Shown: positions 1 to 15,017, counted from the first letter of the whole stretch. The stretch is 63,401 nucleotides of DNA, filler included, from Octopus bimaculoides (GCF_001194135.2; 7 parts of 6 records of this genome joined end to end with filler, not necessarily neighbours in it), one strand, 5' to 3'. Program-made: numbers and translations. Notes: generated from the sequence alone by a model not told the origin.

Positions 1-43
<43 letters not shown>

Positions 44-1520
44 GACACAGATAACCACAAATAAACCAAATAAACCTATATATATACACTTTTATATGTA
101 AATGTAAATGCTCTACCAAATTAAATTGCACTTCATTTTTTCATTTTTTTAATCTCAGTTGAAACTGATGGGTGATACACAAGCACTGAACTATGAGTGC
201 ATTGCATCTCATAGCAGAAACAGCTGTAAGCTAATGAATCCCATGGCATAACGTCTTATTCCCTTGCAGGTGTACGTAAAGCTTGACCAAACTAGAATAA
301 AATAGTGTTACTCGAAGTAGCGTTGAATAAAATATGTTAACACTCAAACATTTTACTAACAAAATGAGTCTGTAGAATCATGCTAAGGGTATGTAGGACT
401 ACAATATTTAAGGAGTCCTTTATTTTTTTTTTAAGATTGTGGGTGTGATTTGAAAGAAAATTGTCATTTGTGGTAAATGGAGAGAGTACATGAAGTCTCT
501 GTCATTGTCTCGTTTAAGCTAATTTGTTTTGAATGAATATACTAAATTGATACTATTACTACCAGTTCTATTACAGTAAAGGGACGAAACCTCCGGAACT
601 AAATATTCTTCTACTGTCTCTGCTATCAGCACTACTTGGTTACGCTTTTAGAGAATACATATATTTTACTGTGAAGTATTCGCCACTCCCAACATACACG
701 AGCCAAAAGAACCTGTACGTGATTTTTTGACCTGCTGGAAATAACAGGCAAATTCCACTCAAGCCACATTTTACCACCATGACGGGATAATCATGGCTAG
801 AACGCCTTGAACATGGGTCATTTAGACCAGATTTGACCTGAAGTAAAACAACAAAAACAAAACCTGTCATTCAAATGTCTTACTAATTAAAGATTATGTA
901 ACTTCGATTTCCTATAAACACCCTAAATGTGAATGGAAATATAACACAAGACCGAGACAAAGGCTCTGTAGAATATCGTCAATATTCCTTGCTCTTTTCT
1001 TCTCTAACAATGCAACAGTGACGCAGTTCTTAAAGAACAAATAGACAATCGATAACCGACTTCCATTTGATGGTTATTGAATGTCTGGTAATAATTAATG
1101 CCTGTTGGGCGTGTTACTTACTCGACAATATTAAACACTGGAATATTTCTGCATTTGCTGTTAACACATAGCGCCTATTATGCAAATCTGCCTACAAATG
1201 TTGTAATAGAGGGATTATGTGCCGTCATTTTGACTGCTTAGCAGTGACGAAATTTTATCTTAATCGTTATACAGTCATGCATAAGATTAAAACACAGCAG
1301 CTTGTATAGAGATAAAGATTCCTCATACTATTTGCATACATAGACACATACATTCACTATGTAACTAACGAACTCAGCACTAATCTTCAGCAGTAGGGAT
1401 TTACAAAAGCAGAAAAGACGTGACTACATAGGAAATTACTGCTACAAGCCATTAATGAAATCGTGGAGATATGTAAAACACTCCAGATGTTTAATATGTA
1501 ATCGGAACATATATACACGT

Positions 1521-1558
<38 letters not shown>

Positions 1559-1689
1559 AAACAACTACTTGTACATATATATCGCAAAGCATAGATGCAT
1601 GCATGCAATGATATTCCTGTTTGCACAACAGACGTATATATACGTTGGGATTAACTGGCCGAAATTTCGAAGTCACTAACATGCATACA

Positions 1690-1800
1690 TATTTCCATGA
1701 CTACTCGATTGATATCTAAATTCCAATGAAAGGACCTAGTTTCTAGGTTAGAAACCGATTCTTTATTGATGAGAAATTTGGAAAATAATAATAGAAAATA
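1690..1800 (+). mobile_element. 3'-terminal fragment of the same R4/Dong-like LINE family
   Basis: aaattccaatgaaaggacctagtttctaggttagaaacc matches 11808-11850. Confidence 0.55.
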
Positions 1801-3747
1801 CATTCATACGTACATACACACAAAAACTTTCATATACGCGCGCGCGCACACATACATACATACATACATACAGATGTCTATATGGAATAAATGTAGGCTA
1901 CGTATTCTGCTACAGTTTCGTTCGATCGATTCTTCATTCAAATATACATACCAGTGAGTCGACCGAAGAGCTGATCACTCAAAAACGCTGTTTGATCTTT
2001 ACTCTGTTTATCCCACCTATATTAGCATATATCAGGATCTATATCAGTGTTCCCTAAGAAGGCGTTTAAAATTATGAGGGTTGAGGTAAACAAAATTATA
2101 GTACAGGGAGCATTTACAGGCATGAACGAGGGCGATAAACAAACTTGTATATTATTAGCAGTGAAGTAAAGGTAGGGAAGAACAAACTTAAATATTTTAA
2201 TAGATTTCACCTTCTTTTTATTATTTTTGTACGGAAATTTGCATGCGAACATCTTTCTTGGTGTGACGATGTGGATTTTTCAACCAAAACGTCTCTTGGT
2301 CTGCCAGTGTCGAAAAACCCTACACCCTGGCATGAAGTTTTCTTTGATATCTTTTATTTCAGTTAGAAATTTGTTTAATGGAATTAACTAGTTGTGTCAC
2401 AAAACAAGCTGTAGTTTCTTATTAGGTGCATACGCGTAACAACCTAGCGTTGTTTTGATCTTTATCAGTTGACAAGTCAGTTAGAGAATTTAACCCCAAA
2501 TTTTTCGGCCATACTTTGTTTCCTAAAATCTCAAGTATCTTGGCACTACTTTAACTACAGTAGTACCAAGTATCTTGGCACTACTGTAGTTAAAAAGTTA
2601 AAATTAGATAAAGCTGGTCCTCAGAAAAGTGGATAGTGCTTCCAGTTATCGTCAGCGAATGACCACGGGACTAGAATAGAGGAATTTTCAAGAAAATCTA
2701 ATTGTGGAATCAAGCATTTTAAAATCTGAATTTCTAATGATAGCACCCATTTAGCCAGACTTCAAGTGGGTACCATTTATTTAGAGTGTCCACCTATACA
2801 CTCTGTCAAAAACCCACAAGTTTTTGAGACACGCTCGCAGGATAGCGATTAGACAACATATAACTTCATAAACAGGGTAGGAAAAGTATTTATACAAATT
2901 TTATCCCCGAGTGGTTTTCGAAGACCATAGTTCTGCAGTCAGACTGTCGAAGAAAATATCTTCATTCTAAATCTACCTAAATCGATGTTCACTCTCATTT
3001 GTCAAATCATACTTGAGTAGTTTTTAACTTTAAATGCAGCAATACTCTTTTTCTTGGTTTTGTCTTTTGACAAAATCTATATCATTTTAATAAACGTAAT
3101 TAAAATAGAAAAATCTCATCCTCAATTATTTTCTTGTTTTAGTGGAACGAAAAAACAAAACGTTATTGTTAGACAGAGAACATTCGCGTGTCTTCAATAA
3201 TGTTGATGGTTGGCTATTTTTGTTTTTTATCACTCTTTCAGCATAGAAGTGAATTTAAACCCCTTTTTTTTTCTTTTTTTTCTTTTGTAAAACTACTTAT
3301 TCAACTGCAAATACTTGGAATTTAAATACAAATATTAAGCCTGGACTTCTGATTGAAAAGTGTAAGTATAATTAGGTGCCCTTCTCCCAACCGATTTTGT
3401 TTCCTCATAAATTTTTAAGAATTACGTGTTTTTAATGAAGATTTTCAGAGATACTTTAAGTTGATAGCATTAAAAGACATCTCAGCTCATTCTCCTCTTC
3501 CGACTTTATTTTCTCATAACACTTTTTCAAAATACATATTTTTTTAATGAAAGTTTGTAGAAATGCATTTTCGAGCGTTTCGATAACGTATTGTTCATGT
3601 TTCAAGCATATAAGTCTGAAAAAAAAAGCACAGAATATTAAGGTTACGGACATTGGTGGTTAAAGTTACGGAAACAATTGGGGCAGGAAGAATGATCAGA
3701 AATTTCTCCATTTTTTTTTTTTTTTTTTTTTCTAAATTTTATCAACA

Positions 3748-4575
3748 CAGGGAGGGTGAAAAGTAAGTAGGCATTAAATATTGGTCATAAAATCCATATT
3801 CCTTTTACAAATTTATTGAAACAAATGTTACATGTTCTTTATTACATGGGAAAATGAAGGTAAATCTTCATATTTCAACGTAAGCACCGGTGGCGTCAAC
3901 CAGTTTCCTCAAACGGCCAGAGATCGAATGAACCACCTCCTGAAGAACGTCGTCTGAGATATCATTGAGAACCTCCTGAATCTGTGTCTTCAAGTCCTCC
4001 AGTATGCGAGGTTTTGTCTTGTACACCTCCCCTTTACACCTCCTCTTTTGTGTAACCCCGCAGGTAAAAATCATATGGTGTGAAATCTGGACTTCTTGGA
4101 GTTCTGGACTTCTGGATTTCTGCAGTCACAGTCTTGGGGTTTCCACGGATGAAAATTCAACTCTTTATGCAACACCGTACGTGTTGTGTGTCTTGTTAGT
4201 CCACTTTCACGAGCTGCTTGACCTGTTGATTTTTGCGGGGTGCAATTAAATATTTCAAGCTCTCTTGCCACTTTCTCCGCTGTGGTCATCAGCTTTGCAT
4301 GACAACTTTTTATTGTCCCCGGACGTTGTGTTGCATGCTTACCTTTCCATGCACGCCACCATCTCTGAACCAAAACAATGGAATTCCACACTTTATAGCG
4401 TGCTGCTATCTTAGCTCGCTCCTGAACAGTCAAGCAACCGGCCATCTGAAAAATAAGAAATATGACAAGAAAATAAAAAATCCCCATTAGTGTTGTTTGT
4501 TTAAAAAATGTTTTCATGATTTCGATGATACTAAAAATTCTATAAGCAATTTCTAGTTACTTTCCACCCACCCTG
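3748..4575 (-). mobile_element. Internally deleted Tc1/mariner element (N-terminal HTH region and C-terminus present, DDE core absent)
   Basis: TIRs CAGGG(A/T)GGGTG(G)AAAAGTAA; N-terminus MAGCLTVQERAKIAARY..SIVLVQRWWR; C-terminus VYKTKPRILEDLKTQIQEVLNDI...DATGAYVEI*. Confidence 0.85.
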
Positions 4576-6639
4576 TACGTCCTTGAAAACGTATCTCTGC
4601 AAACTTTCGTTAAAAAAGATATGTATTTTTTCAGAAATTTATGAGGAAACAAAACTGGGTACGGGNNNNNNNNNNNNNNNNNNNNNNNNNNNNNNNNNNN
4701 NNNNNNNNNNNNNNNNNNNNNNNNNNNNNNNNNNNNNNNNNNNNNNNNNNNNNNNNNNNNNNNNNNNNNNNNNNNNNNNNNNNNNNNNNNNNNNNNNNNN
4801 NNNNNNNNNNNNNNNNNNNNNNNNNNNNNNNNNNNNNNNNNNNNNNNNNNNNNNNNNNNNNNNNNNNNNNNNNNNNNNNNNNNNNNNNNNNNNNNNNNNN
4901 NNNNNNNNNNNNNNNNNNNNNNNNNNNNNNNNNNNNNNNNNNNNNNNNNNNNNNNNNNNNNNNNNNNNNNNNNNNNNNNNNNNNNNNNNNNNNNNNNNNN
5001 NNNNNNNNNNNNNNNNNNNNNNNNNNNNNNNNNNNNNNNNNNNNNNNNNNNNNNNNNNNNNNNNNNNNNNNNNNNNNNNNNNNNNNNNNNNNNNNNNNNN
5101 NNNNNNNGTTCGACTAAAAAATTCTTCAGGACGATGCTCCAGCATGGCCGCAGTCTAATGACTGAAGCAAGTAAAAGATAAAAGATAACTTATTCAGATT
5201 TAAAGGTTTAACATTCCGATTCTGCTAAAAAATTGCAAAATCTCATGTTTTTGATTTCTCCTACCATTTCTTATTTCTTTTAAAATCTCTTTGTAATGTG
5301 TTTGGAAATATGGACTTGCACAACTTTGACCTCAAATATTTTTTTCAAAATTTCAAAATAATTTTCGAAATCGAAATAACACGATTCGCACATCTGAGCG
5401 ATACGTGACAAATGACAATCTTCGTTGTGTGTGCGTGAGTATGCGTTTGTGTGTTTGTAAGTGTGTGTGTATACAAATCATAAGCAGAGCTGTCTTAAAA
5501 GCATTATAGACACCCCAGCAACTACCCTATGTGCCCATACCTTAAAAGGACACTTATTATGAAAGCTTTATATGTGTATGGGGAGAAGGTGTATGTAAGT
5601 GAATAAGTATGCATGTTTGTGTGTGTGTGTGTGTTTGTTTGTACTTGTGTATGTATGTACACAAATTATGAAAGTGTCTCTCGTCTTGTGTTTGTGTGGT
5701 GAGAAAACATTAACAATAGGAAAATTACAGAAATCTGGGGTCACAGCGCTGTCTCTTGATCCGTGTTTCTTGCTCAGTAGAACAAGCAATTCTCTACTTA
5801 TCTTTAAAAAAAAACAATTTCTAGTCTTTCTTCAATAATTTATATGTAATTTTCCGTTTTCGAATAAAATATATAAAAGAAAATGTTTCAAAATGTTTCA
5901 AAATAAAAAAAAGAGACGCAAATTTTTTTGAAGAATTAAAAAAAATTTTTTGCTTCACATAATTGTCGTCTTACACGTTGAAAACATATCTGAAGCAACT
6001 GTCCAAAAATACGTTTAAAAAGTTACANNNNNNNNNNNNNNNNNNNNNNNNNNNNNNNNNNNNNNNNNNNNNNNNNNNNNNNNNNNNNNNNNNNNNNNNN
6101 NNNNNNNNNNNNNNNNNNNNNNNNNNNNNNNNNNNNNNNNNNNNNNNNNNNNNNNNNNNNNNNNNNNNNNNNNNNNNNNNNNNNNNNNNNNNNNNNNNNN
6201 NNNNNNNNNNNNNNNNNNNNNNNNNNNNNNNNNNNNNNNNNNNNNNNNNNNNNNNNNNNNNNNNNNNNNNNNNNNNNNNNNNNNNNNNNNNNNNNNNNNN
6301 NNNNNNNNNNNNNNNNNNNNNNNNNNNNNNNNNNNNNNNNNNNNNNNNNNNNNNNNNNNNNNNNNNNNNNNNNNNNNNNNNNNNNNNNNNNNNNNNNNNN
6401 NNNNNNNNNNNNNNNNNNNNNNNNNNNNNNNNNNNNNNNNNNNNNNNNNNNNNNNNNNNNNNNNNNNNNNNNNNNNNNNNNNNNNNNNNNNNNNNNNNNN
6501 NNNNNNNNNNNNNNNNNNCAAATAACTGAAACAGGTAAAAGAATTTTTTAAATGGTGTGCTTCGATCAGAACAATTCCGTACGAAGTATTAGTCGTTTTC
6601 TGTTATTTTCTTTATTTTGGGGGATTTCTTTTTTCTTGA

Positions 6640-8280
6640 CATTAGTGATTCGAAGATCTTTTACTTTAAATTTTAGATACTTCTTACAAAAATAAGCAGG
6701 CAGGGAAATTATGAAAATCGTTAATCCAACAAAAGGTCACAAAGAATGTAAAACATAAGTATTGCCTAATATAATGCAAACTTCCTTCAGTGTGGATTTA
6801 TCGCTCTGCCTTCGGATGATCGGCGGTGAACTGCATGTACCTTTTGTGAAAATACTTTGCCAAATGAAGCAATGAGATGATCGTATCTAAAAGATCATTT
6901 TCAATGAAAACACCTGGAAAAAAATCACATGATATATTACAGTTGCAAAAGATAAAGAAGACTTCTGAAAGGGACCCTACTCAACATGTATAAAAGAATA
7001 TCTAATCCAAAACTTAAAATTGCTTCATTGCTCTACTATTAAATGTAAAAAAAAATACACAGAATTGGAGAGGCTCTAATACCCTCAGTTTCTGAAATTC
7101 TTACCACGCTCTTTAAAAGTAGATACAGATATTTTAAAATAATGATACTGTCTCTCGCCGTATGGCTGAAATGAGTGAGGATGTTAACGATCAGTTATGC
7201 ACCACGTTTAGAAGTTCCGAATTTAGTATGAATCAACAGTATGTCGCAATGAACAACTACTTTTCTGTAAATCGTTGAAAATGGATACAAAAAGAGAAAT
7301 TAATTTGGAGGTTTAAAAAAAGTTATATCGAAGTAAAGCTATCCCTTCAGCAATATGGTATCGTGTACAAGTGATGCTGCACCATCTATGGTCTGCTGCT
7401 ATACATGAAATAGAAAGTGTAATTCATCAGCAACAACCCGTTTTAAAGCTTAATAAAATCAAAGCTTGGGTCTTAAACACTTGGGTGTTCATTCAAGTAT
7501 ATGAAGCGATAAATGAAAATTGTGATAGACTGAATTTCGATGGCTGTTAAAAGGGTCTTGTTTGAAATGCTTCAATCAACTATATAGCACTAACGTTGAA
7601 TTTTGTCCTATAATGACTAACTGGCAAAAGATATAGACATTATTTATGGAGATGTGGCTTGTTTAACTGATATTTGTGCCATGATAAACAGCCTAAATTT
7701 GCAAATGCAATGAAACAAGCTTAATATAAAGCAAGCAAGGATTGCAGTCAACGGCTTTATAAGTAAAATTGAATTGAACAAGCGAAACCTTTCCAGAAGT
7801 GATGCTGTCAGTTTCTATCAATGAAAAGCCTTTCACAATGTTTACAGATAATCTGAGGACCTACAGTGCACTTTTACGACATCTGACGAGAGACTTTGAA
7901 ATAAGATTCAACAACTTGATTAAACTGTGGGTTCCTGACCGAGTAAGAAGCCCGTTCTTGCTTCAAATAGAACAAAACATTGATTTATAAGAGAGTATCA
8001 ACGATTTACAAAATGATCAAGAAGTAAGAATACTTTTCGAAAAATCAAAGCTTGTGTGAAATGTGGTTGCAATGTGGTCTGACGTAACCCATATTGGAGA
8101 ATGAAGCCAAGTTATTTTTATTACTTCTATCTGATGAGAAAGGTTTTAGGGCAGTAAATCAAGAATAGGAATCGAATGAAAGTAGTACAGTATACGAATT
8201 TACGACTTCTTTTATCACATTTGGAAGGGAATATTGCAAAACTCACTTCTGATTATCAACCACAGGGATCACCTCAAGAA
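6640..8280 (+). mobile_element. hAT (Charlie/Buster-like) transposase fossil
   Basis: GFIALPSDDRR*TACTFCENTLPNEAMR*SYLKDHFQ*KH (BED-type finger), SRRMAEMSEDVNDQLCTTFRSSEF, SDAAPSM, LTDICAMINSLNLQMQ; many stops and frameshifts; TIRs not identified. Confidence 0.75.
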
Positions 8281-10479
8281 ATGGCGTGTGTTATTTTAAC
8301 TATTCTTATTTCAAGCATATTAATATGTCCTATGTAAAGTATTTCTGGTTTTTTTTTTTCACATTAATTGAAATGTACCTTTATAAGTAAAATAATAAAA
8401 CTGCTTATATTCATTAAATTCAAATATATCGACTACATTTATTATATAAGAGTAGAATTTGTCGAGGTGGAAATGAGTAAATGCTGACAACATCGACGAC
8501 ATAGCTCAACATCTTTGCTAACATTTTCGTCCAAAAATTTAACTTTGTATCCAACATATTTATGGAACTGCAATTTTAAGCAGCACTCTCCTTATTCACG
8601 TCCTTCCTAATCAGCGTCACCACTCTCCGGATGACATAATTGCAATGCCCTTCGTCTGATGCAAATGGCGGTGGACGTCTGCGAACGACCGTGACTCTAT
8701 TGCTACTACCATACCGCTAGCATGACGCCTGTGATGCTTCCTAACAACGGTTCTTAAACTTCCAGACTGATGCGTTCTATCACCACATGCTTGTTAAACC
8801 TCATCGCATCTGCTCCAGTTTTACTCTTTAAACAGACCCACCACTAATTGTTGGTGATCGACTTCGTCAACTCGCACCCAGTTAACTCGCTAATCTGATC
8901 TTAGTAAGCTTTCCCTACAGAGAAAGACACGTACTGCTTCTACTGACCAAGCTCGTATTTATGTGTCTTATCTAAACTGATTGTATGGGTCACAAACACG
9001 CAGTCTGTATAACCATCCACCCAAATGAAACTGTGTCAGCCTACGCTTGTCTAGCATAAACTCTATATAGGTTTGATTTGGAGGACACTTTGTAGTTCAT
9101 CCAAGTCCATAATGGCACATTCAGGAAATCCATACGGTATGACCTACACTATCCATATGCTATCCATATTGGTTTTTGAAACCAATTGGTTTTTGACACA
9201 AGGCCAGCAGTTTTGGAGGAGGGATTAAGTCGATTACATCAACCACAGTATTCAACTGGTACTTATTTTATCAATCCTGAAAGGTTGTAAGGCAAAGTCG
9301 CCCTCGTCGGAATTTGAATTCAGAACGTATAGACGGGTGAAATGCCGCTAAGCATTTTGTCCAGGTTTCTGACGATTCAGCCAGCTCGCCGCCGCCTTAT
9401 ATCAACCATATTAAAATCATTCTTACCTCCAATTTCAAATCTTTTCAAAACAGCAAAATAATCCAACCTGTTGCGCTTTTACACAACAACGTGATGCACA
9501 TAAGAGATTGTTTCTAGTATCTTTTTAAGAAGATACTTGAAACAATCTCTTTTCAGCGGCTTCTCAAAAAGACCTACTCTGTCTGTTACGATTAACATTT
9601 TTACCAAGACTAACACAATTCACTGATGTACTTTAAAGCAAGACTCTTGCAGCAATAAATGAACCAATAATCAGTTTCTCATAAAAACTCTTGTTCAATT
9701 TCATACTTTTATAATCACTGTATTAATTATCACGAACATCAAAGGTAATACATTCGTGGCGAATAATGCTGAAGACACAGTCTGAGAGGTGTATTTAATA
9801 ATATACTTGAGAGGGCAAACATCAGTATGGTTGATCATCAACGTCTTCATTAAGCGATTCTCATTATAATCAGAAATAACATTAAAACTAAATTTGTTAA
9901 TGCGAATAGATAACAAATTATGTACACTCGCGCGCGTCGCCAAGTCGATAGGACAACATGAGAGAGTTTTATGTAGCCAGTCGAACAGCCAGAAATAGCA
10001 GCCAAAATTTCTGTCAGATTATTGCCGGCTTTCAGAAAGGAAGACGCGTTCGATAATGTAATTCTAGATATACAGTTCTTGACTAAATCATATGGGACCA
10101 CCGTTGGAGCGTCTTATATCAAAATAGAGTTGACGCTGTTTAGTTATGTATTTAGGCGTGATTGTAATTTACTTATTGAATTTATTTATCGATACAGTTG
10201 TACATAGAGTAAATGTGTTTGAAAGTTGTAGTTTCTTTATTGTTGACACCGCCGGATTGAATGGTACTGCCCAGGTGTCGAAACCATAATGATATCCGTG
10301 GGACAGCTGATGATGGAGATATGCTGGATTGTTGGAATAGCTGTTTTGTATACGTGGAATAGTATCATTGGATTGTTGGTATGGCTGTGGAATACTATTA
10401 TAACACATCCTTTTATCCTTTTATATATATATATAAGTACTAACATACATACATACATATATACATACATACATACATA

Positions 10480-11890
10480 CCAACAGTTGGGCTGTTTGAT
10501 TGGACGCTTGATGAGGTCCGAACCATTGATGTGAAAACCCGAAAAAATACTAACAAGCACACATAATTTCCACATAAACAGTAATGTAGACTGCCTCTAC
10601 CTAAAACGAAAACAAGGCGGAAGAGGCTTAGCATCTAAAGTACCTTTGAATGTCGCATCATATCCCTTCGGCAACATCTTTTAACCACCAAGTGTCGAAG
10701 TGCATCCCTTAACCACGTCTGCATACATGAGGCTGATAACATCATAAGACTTGGAAAGTAGCTCCTTGAGCAACACTTTTTGATCACCTTAAATACATGC
10801 CTAAAGAAGTCGCACGACTCTGCCGCAATGTATCATCAGATGAAAAGATGAGCCTATATGAGCAGAAGGCTATGCCTGGATATGTTAGAAGAAAGCTCCG
10901 TAACATCGATCATCAAAGCAGTTTATCATGGACCAATAACCAGATTACTACCTCCCACTTTCAAGGGTATGCGTTTGCAATCCAGAAACAGGAAATATCA
11001 ACCAAGTATCTCATGCACAAAAGGGAGAGAGATACAGGTAAAGCCGTCAAGTGTGACAACCGATGCAGACTTTGTGGCGTTCACACTGAAGATATCATCC
11101 ACATCATAAGCAATTGTCCGAAAATGTCATCACAGTATTATCTACCGATGAGACATGACGTTGTAGCTAGGACACTCTATAATGAAATCCGTCGGAAAGA
11201 TAATCCCGAAGACAAAGAAATAAGAACTCACAACATGGTAGAAGCCATATCCACTCAATATAAAAAGGAATACTGTTGGGATATACCAGTGAAGACCTTA
11301 ATAAAATGTAAGTACAACAGACCTGATACAATGATGTGGGATAGGGAAGAGAAACTATGTACAGTTGTGGAAATTAGCTGCCCAGTGGATGTTATATAAA
11401 GCTGAAGATCAGTGAAAAAGAGAACACCTACGCTGAGCTATTGAAAAATCTGCAGTTACTCTAGCCAGATTACAAGGTATATACTTGTAATTATTGGGGC
11501 CCTGGGATATGTAACACATTGCCTAAATACTTATCTTGAGAAATTAGGTTTCTCAAAACCAGAAAGGAGAAAGCTAATTCGAAAATTACAGATCCAATAT
11601 ATCACTGGAACTGTAAAAATCTGTAAAACTTTCCAGAAGTTTATCATTTAAATATATATGAGTATGTCTATATGCAACTATATGTATGAGAATAATTTAA
11701 ATATATATGAGCATGTCTAGATATGCAACTATATGCATGAGAATACATACATAAAATTTGCACATACATACATACATACATACAAAAACACCCTATTGTT
11801 GATGTTGAAATTCCAATGAAGGAACCTTGGATCTAGGTTAGAAACCAGTTCTTTCTGTATTGGCAAGAAATCTTGAAATAAACTGAATAA
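10480..11890 (+). mobile_element. R4/Dong-like RLE LINE, 3' part (post-RT region, CCHC knuckle, PD-(D/E)xK endonuclease, 3' UTR)
   Basis: PTVGLFDWTLDEVRTIDVKTRK..NSNVDCLYLKRKQGGRGL; CRLCGVHTEDIIHIISNC..RHDVVA; RPDTMMWDREEKLCTVVEISCP; disrupted by stops. Confidence 0.85.
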
Positions 11891-14800
11891 TGACACACAC
11901 ACACACACACACATACACACACACAAACACGCGCGCACGCACGCACACATATGTATACGGCTGCCGCTATCCATTTCTGGCACCATAGAAATTGTTTGGG
12001 CTGCATTGATTTCCAGACGAACATTCCTAAAAACAATTGCAAATTCATCCACCTTGAACAAGAGATAAGAATGGAATATACTTTCAGGACCTCAGTAGGG
12101 GTACTAGCTACTGAATCGGATGGAATGGGAGCTTGGAGATCATTGGTTCACTATATCTGGCATTGTATTGAAGCGTTTGCATTGACGGAGTATTTGCGTC
12201 ATAAATGTAATTGAGATTCATCACGTGTTCGCACTAAAGTTCCGTGATGCTTACCGTTTTGTTTACGTGACCTATTTTTGTCTTTGTTTCTGAGAGCCTG
12301 TGCCTAGGAATTGGTGCATTTCAACTGTTGTCAAATGCTATAACACAGTTTATATCAGCAGCAATATATTTCGCGAATTACCCAACATGCTGTGTACTGT
12401 AATCTGTGGTGATCTTTGAATAATGTTTATTCAATGTCGACTTCATTTAGAATGGTTGGCTCTTTAAAGAGAGCGAATTGATTTCAAAATTACGATTCGA
12501 AACCTGTTTGCACTTACCGGTTCCTCTGATGGGTAACAAAGTGGCGTCTTGTGGACGCTAGCTCATACACTGAAGCAAAATTTTGATGAAACTAATAAAT
12601 GGTCTGTTGAGCACGGCTTTCAAGTACTGATAATACCCAACGGTAATATTCTTACTTAAATGAACTCTCACTGGTTCGATTGCTATGTGATAAGGTGATG
12701 GGAATGATATTGAATGATTGTGTTCATTACTACTAATCTATTGATGTGCACAAAATTTATGAGACAATCAACATTTTCATACTGATATTGTCATTGGCTC
12801 TAAGCTTGAAAAAGTGCAAATTGGTGGGATGGTGAACATTCAACGCTGAAAAGAAAAATCAAACAGCGTTTCAACTCTGTGTGAGTATATGTGTATATGT
12901 GTGTGCGTGTACAAGGGAAGTATGTGAATGTATGTGAACATTCACAAGTGTATTAATTTGATCTATCATCCATAATTATATATAAAATACTACAACTAGC
13001 CGTCATTTTTGAGTGCACGGGGCCAGCTAGTATAGTATAGTGTATGACGTCTCCTGGTCTGTAACATTGACATTTTCGATGCCATTGCTTGATAGCTAAA
13101 TCCACAATAAAGAGTTGATGTCTACTTGGTGCTGCAGAAAGGATTTTATTGTCAAAACTTTATATAAAAACTTTTTCCTGTTCCTGATAGAAAATAGACC
13201 AGTTTTCATAATTGCAGTTTGCGACTATAGCTGCCAACTTCATAGAATTGATGGCAACATTTCTTGGAGCAAGATTCATGTAGTTGTTGGAATTGGTGTT
13301 GCTTGCCCAACATAACTTAGCTCTAACTGAGCAGACCCATGAACAAAAGCTACAAACAATTTTTAAAACAATGTGTCCTGCTTTGCGTCATTTTTGAGAC
13401 GATACAGAGTTGTATAACAGATATTTAGTTGCTATTTCTGGCAAGTCAAGAGACTATATAAAGAATCCCCGGTGTTTCAAAGATTAATGAAGTAGCATTA
13501 TGCAGTAGAGTGTGTTATAGTTCTGTAGTTGTGCAATGCTGTATATAAGTGTAGCCAAGTAGAATGTGTTGTCGGTGTAATGCTGTGTAGAATCTGTTGT
13601 TGAACCGATTTGTTTATACATCAAATAGATGTTAATTTCTACTACAAAACTACATTTTGAAATCTTCCAATATTTCATAATATGCTTGGTTTGGTCCTTT
13701 TGTATGAGATTTGTGCTTCCGTCTGGTATTGAGTGGGAGCATTGTCAATTACCAACTGTTGCTTTCGTTATTGCTGTTTCTGTTGCTGCAGCAGCTAGTG
13801 CTGCTGAATTCGCTGATGCTTTTATCCCTGCTGCTGTTTTTTGTAGTTGTTGTTGCTATTACTATTGTTGTTACTTGTGATGTTATTGTCGCCGTGTTGC
13901 ACTCACTCGTGGTTCCCGCCAAGCATATAAGAAGTTCACCCATCCCCGTCCTATTCAAACAAATCTTTTTGAGCAGAAGGGAAAAATTTGTCATCACGGG
14001 ATGGAAACGTTACAACTTTCATTTCAACTTAGATTTAATTAATTATTTAATTAACGAAATTAATTCTTTTATTTTTATAATTTCAATTAGCAGTTATAGC
14101 AACAACAATAACAACAACGGTGGCTGCACTTGTAACAACAATACCAACTACAACAGCACTCACAACAGTAATACCATTCCCTATAACAACAACATCAACA
14201 GTGACAATACGATCAACAACACCAAGAATCACACAATCGGCAAGTGAACATCACCGAAACCATAGCAACAACAACTCTAATCACTATAAATCACAAGAAA
14301 GAAAGAAAAAACTAAATTTAACAATTTTTAATTTAATCTTTTTTTATTTATAAATTATTTAATTACAATTAAACAATTAATCAAATTTCAACTTTTAATT
14401 CTAGTAATTGGGAGGAGGTTATTAATTTACACTTTGATTCCATATTTCCATATTTTCTACACTTTCTCTCAGACAACATAGCTTGAATGATAAGATATAA
14501 AAATCTGTTCCAACAGTTTACTCAACCACACCACCGCCGCCGCCACGTGAGATACGCATTCGTTCCGCGAATGTACGAAGCAACATCCAAGAGAAAGTCA
14601 TCCACTCAATACTTAAAGACCTCTTCTTCAACTGCTCAGCAACAAACACACAAGTCTCTATGTTATCTACTGACATGTTCTCTTCTCTCTTCAAGGTGTA
14701 CATCCTGGGTGTTCCACCCTCATACATTTCAGCCTAATTTACATTTTTTCAACTATTTATAAACACAGTTTATTTGAACATTTAATGTAATATTTATTAG

Positions 14801-15017
14801 TAAGACGGCGAGCTGGTAGAATCGTTACTGCGCCGGAAAAAATGCTTAGCAGCATTTTTCCTGACCCTACGTTCTGAGTTAAAATTCCGCCGAGGTTGAC
14901 TTCACCTTTCATCATTTCAGGGGCATTAAATAAGTACCAGTTGAACACTGAGGTCGTTGTAATCGACTTATCCCTCATCTGAAATTGCTGGCCTCGTGCC
15001 AAATTTTGAAACTAATA

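Noticed and set aside
640-838. Minus-strand ORF behind a strong acceptor (ttttacttcag)
   Set aside because: No recognisable domain or convincing donor; two frames stop at once.
1960-2000. Hammerhead-like GACCGAAGAG..CTCAAAAACG (similar motif at about 39792-39820)
   Set aside because: Core positions and stems are too degraded to call.
8580-9150. Possible RTE-type endonuclease remnant on the minus strand
   Set aside because: Only vague motif similarity (QSGSLRTVVRK, FASDEGH); too degraded to support.
9502-9551. 22-bp AT-rich hairpin as a pre-miRNA
   Set aside because: No basal stem extension and low complexity; indistinguishable from a small local inversion.
13000-13031. Helitron-like 3' end (GCACGGGG..CTAG|T)
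   Set aside because: The subterminal hairpin is incomplete and no matching 5' end was found.
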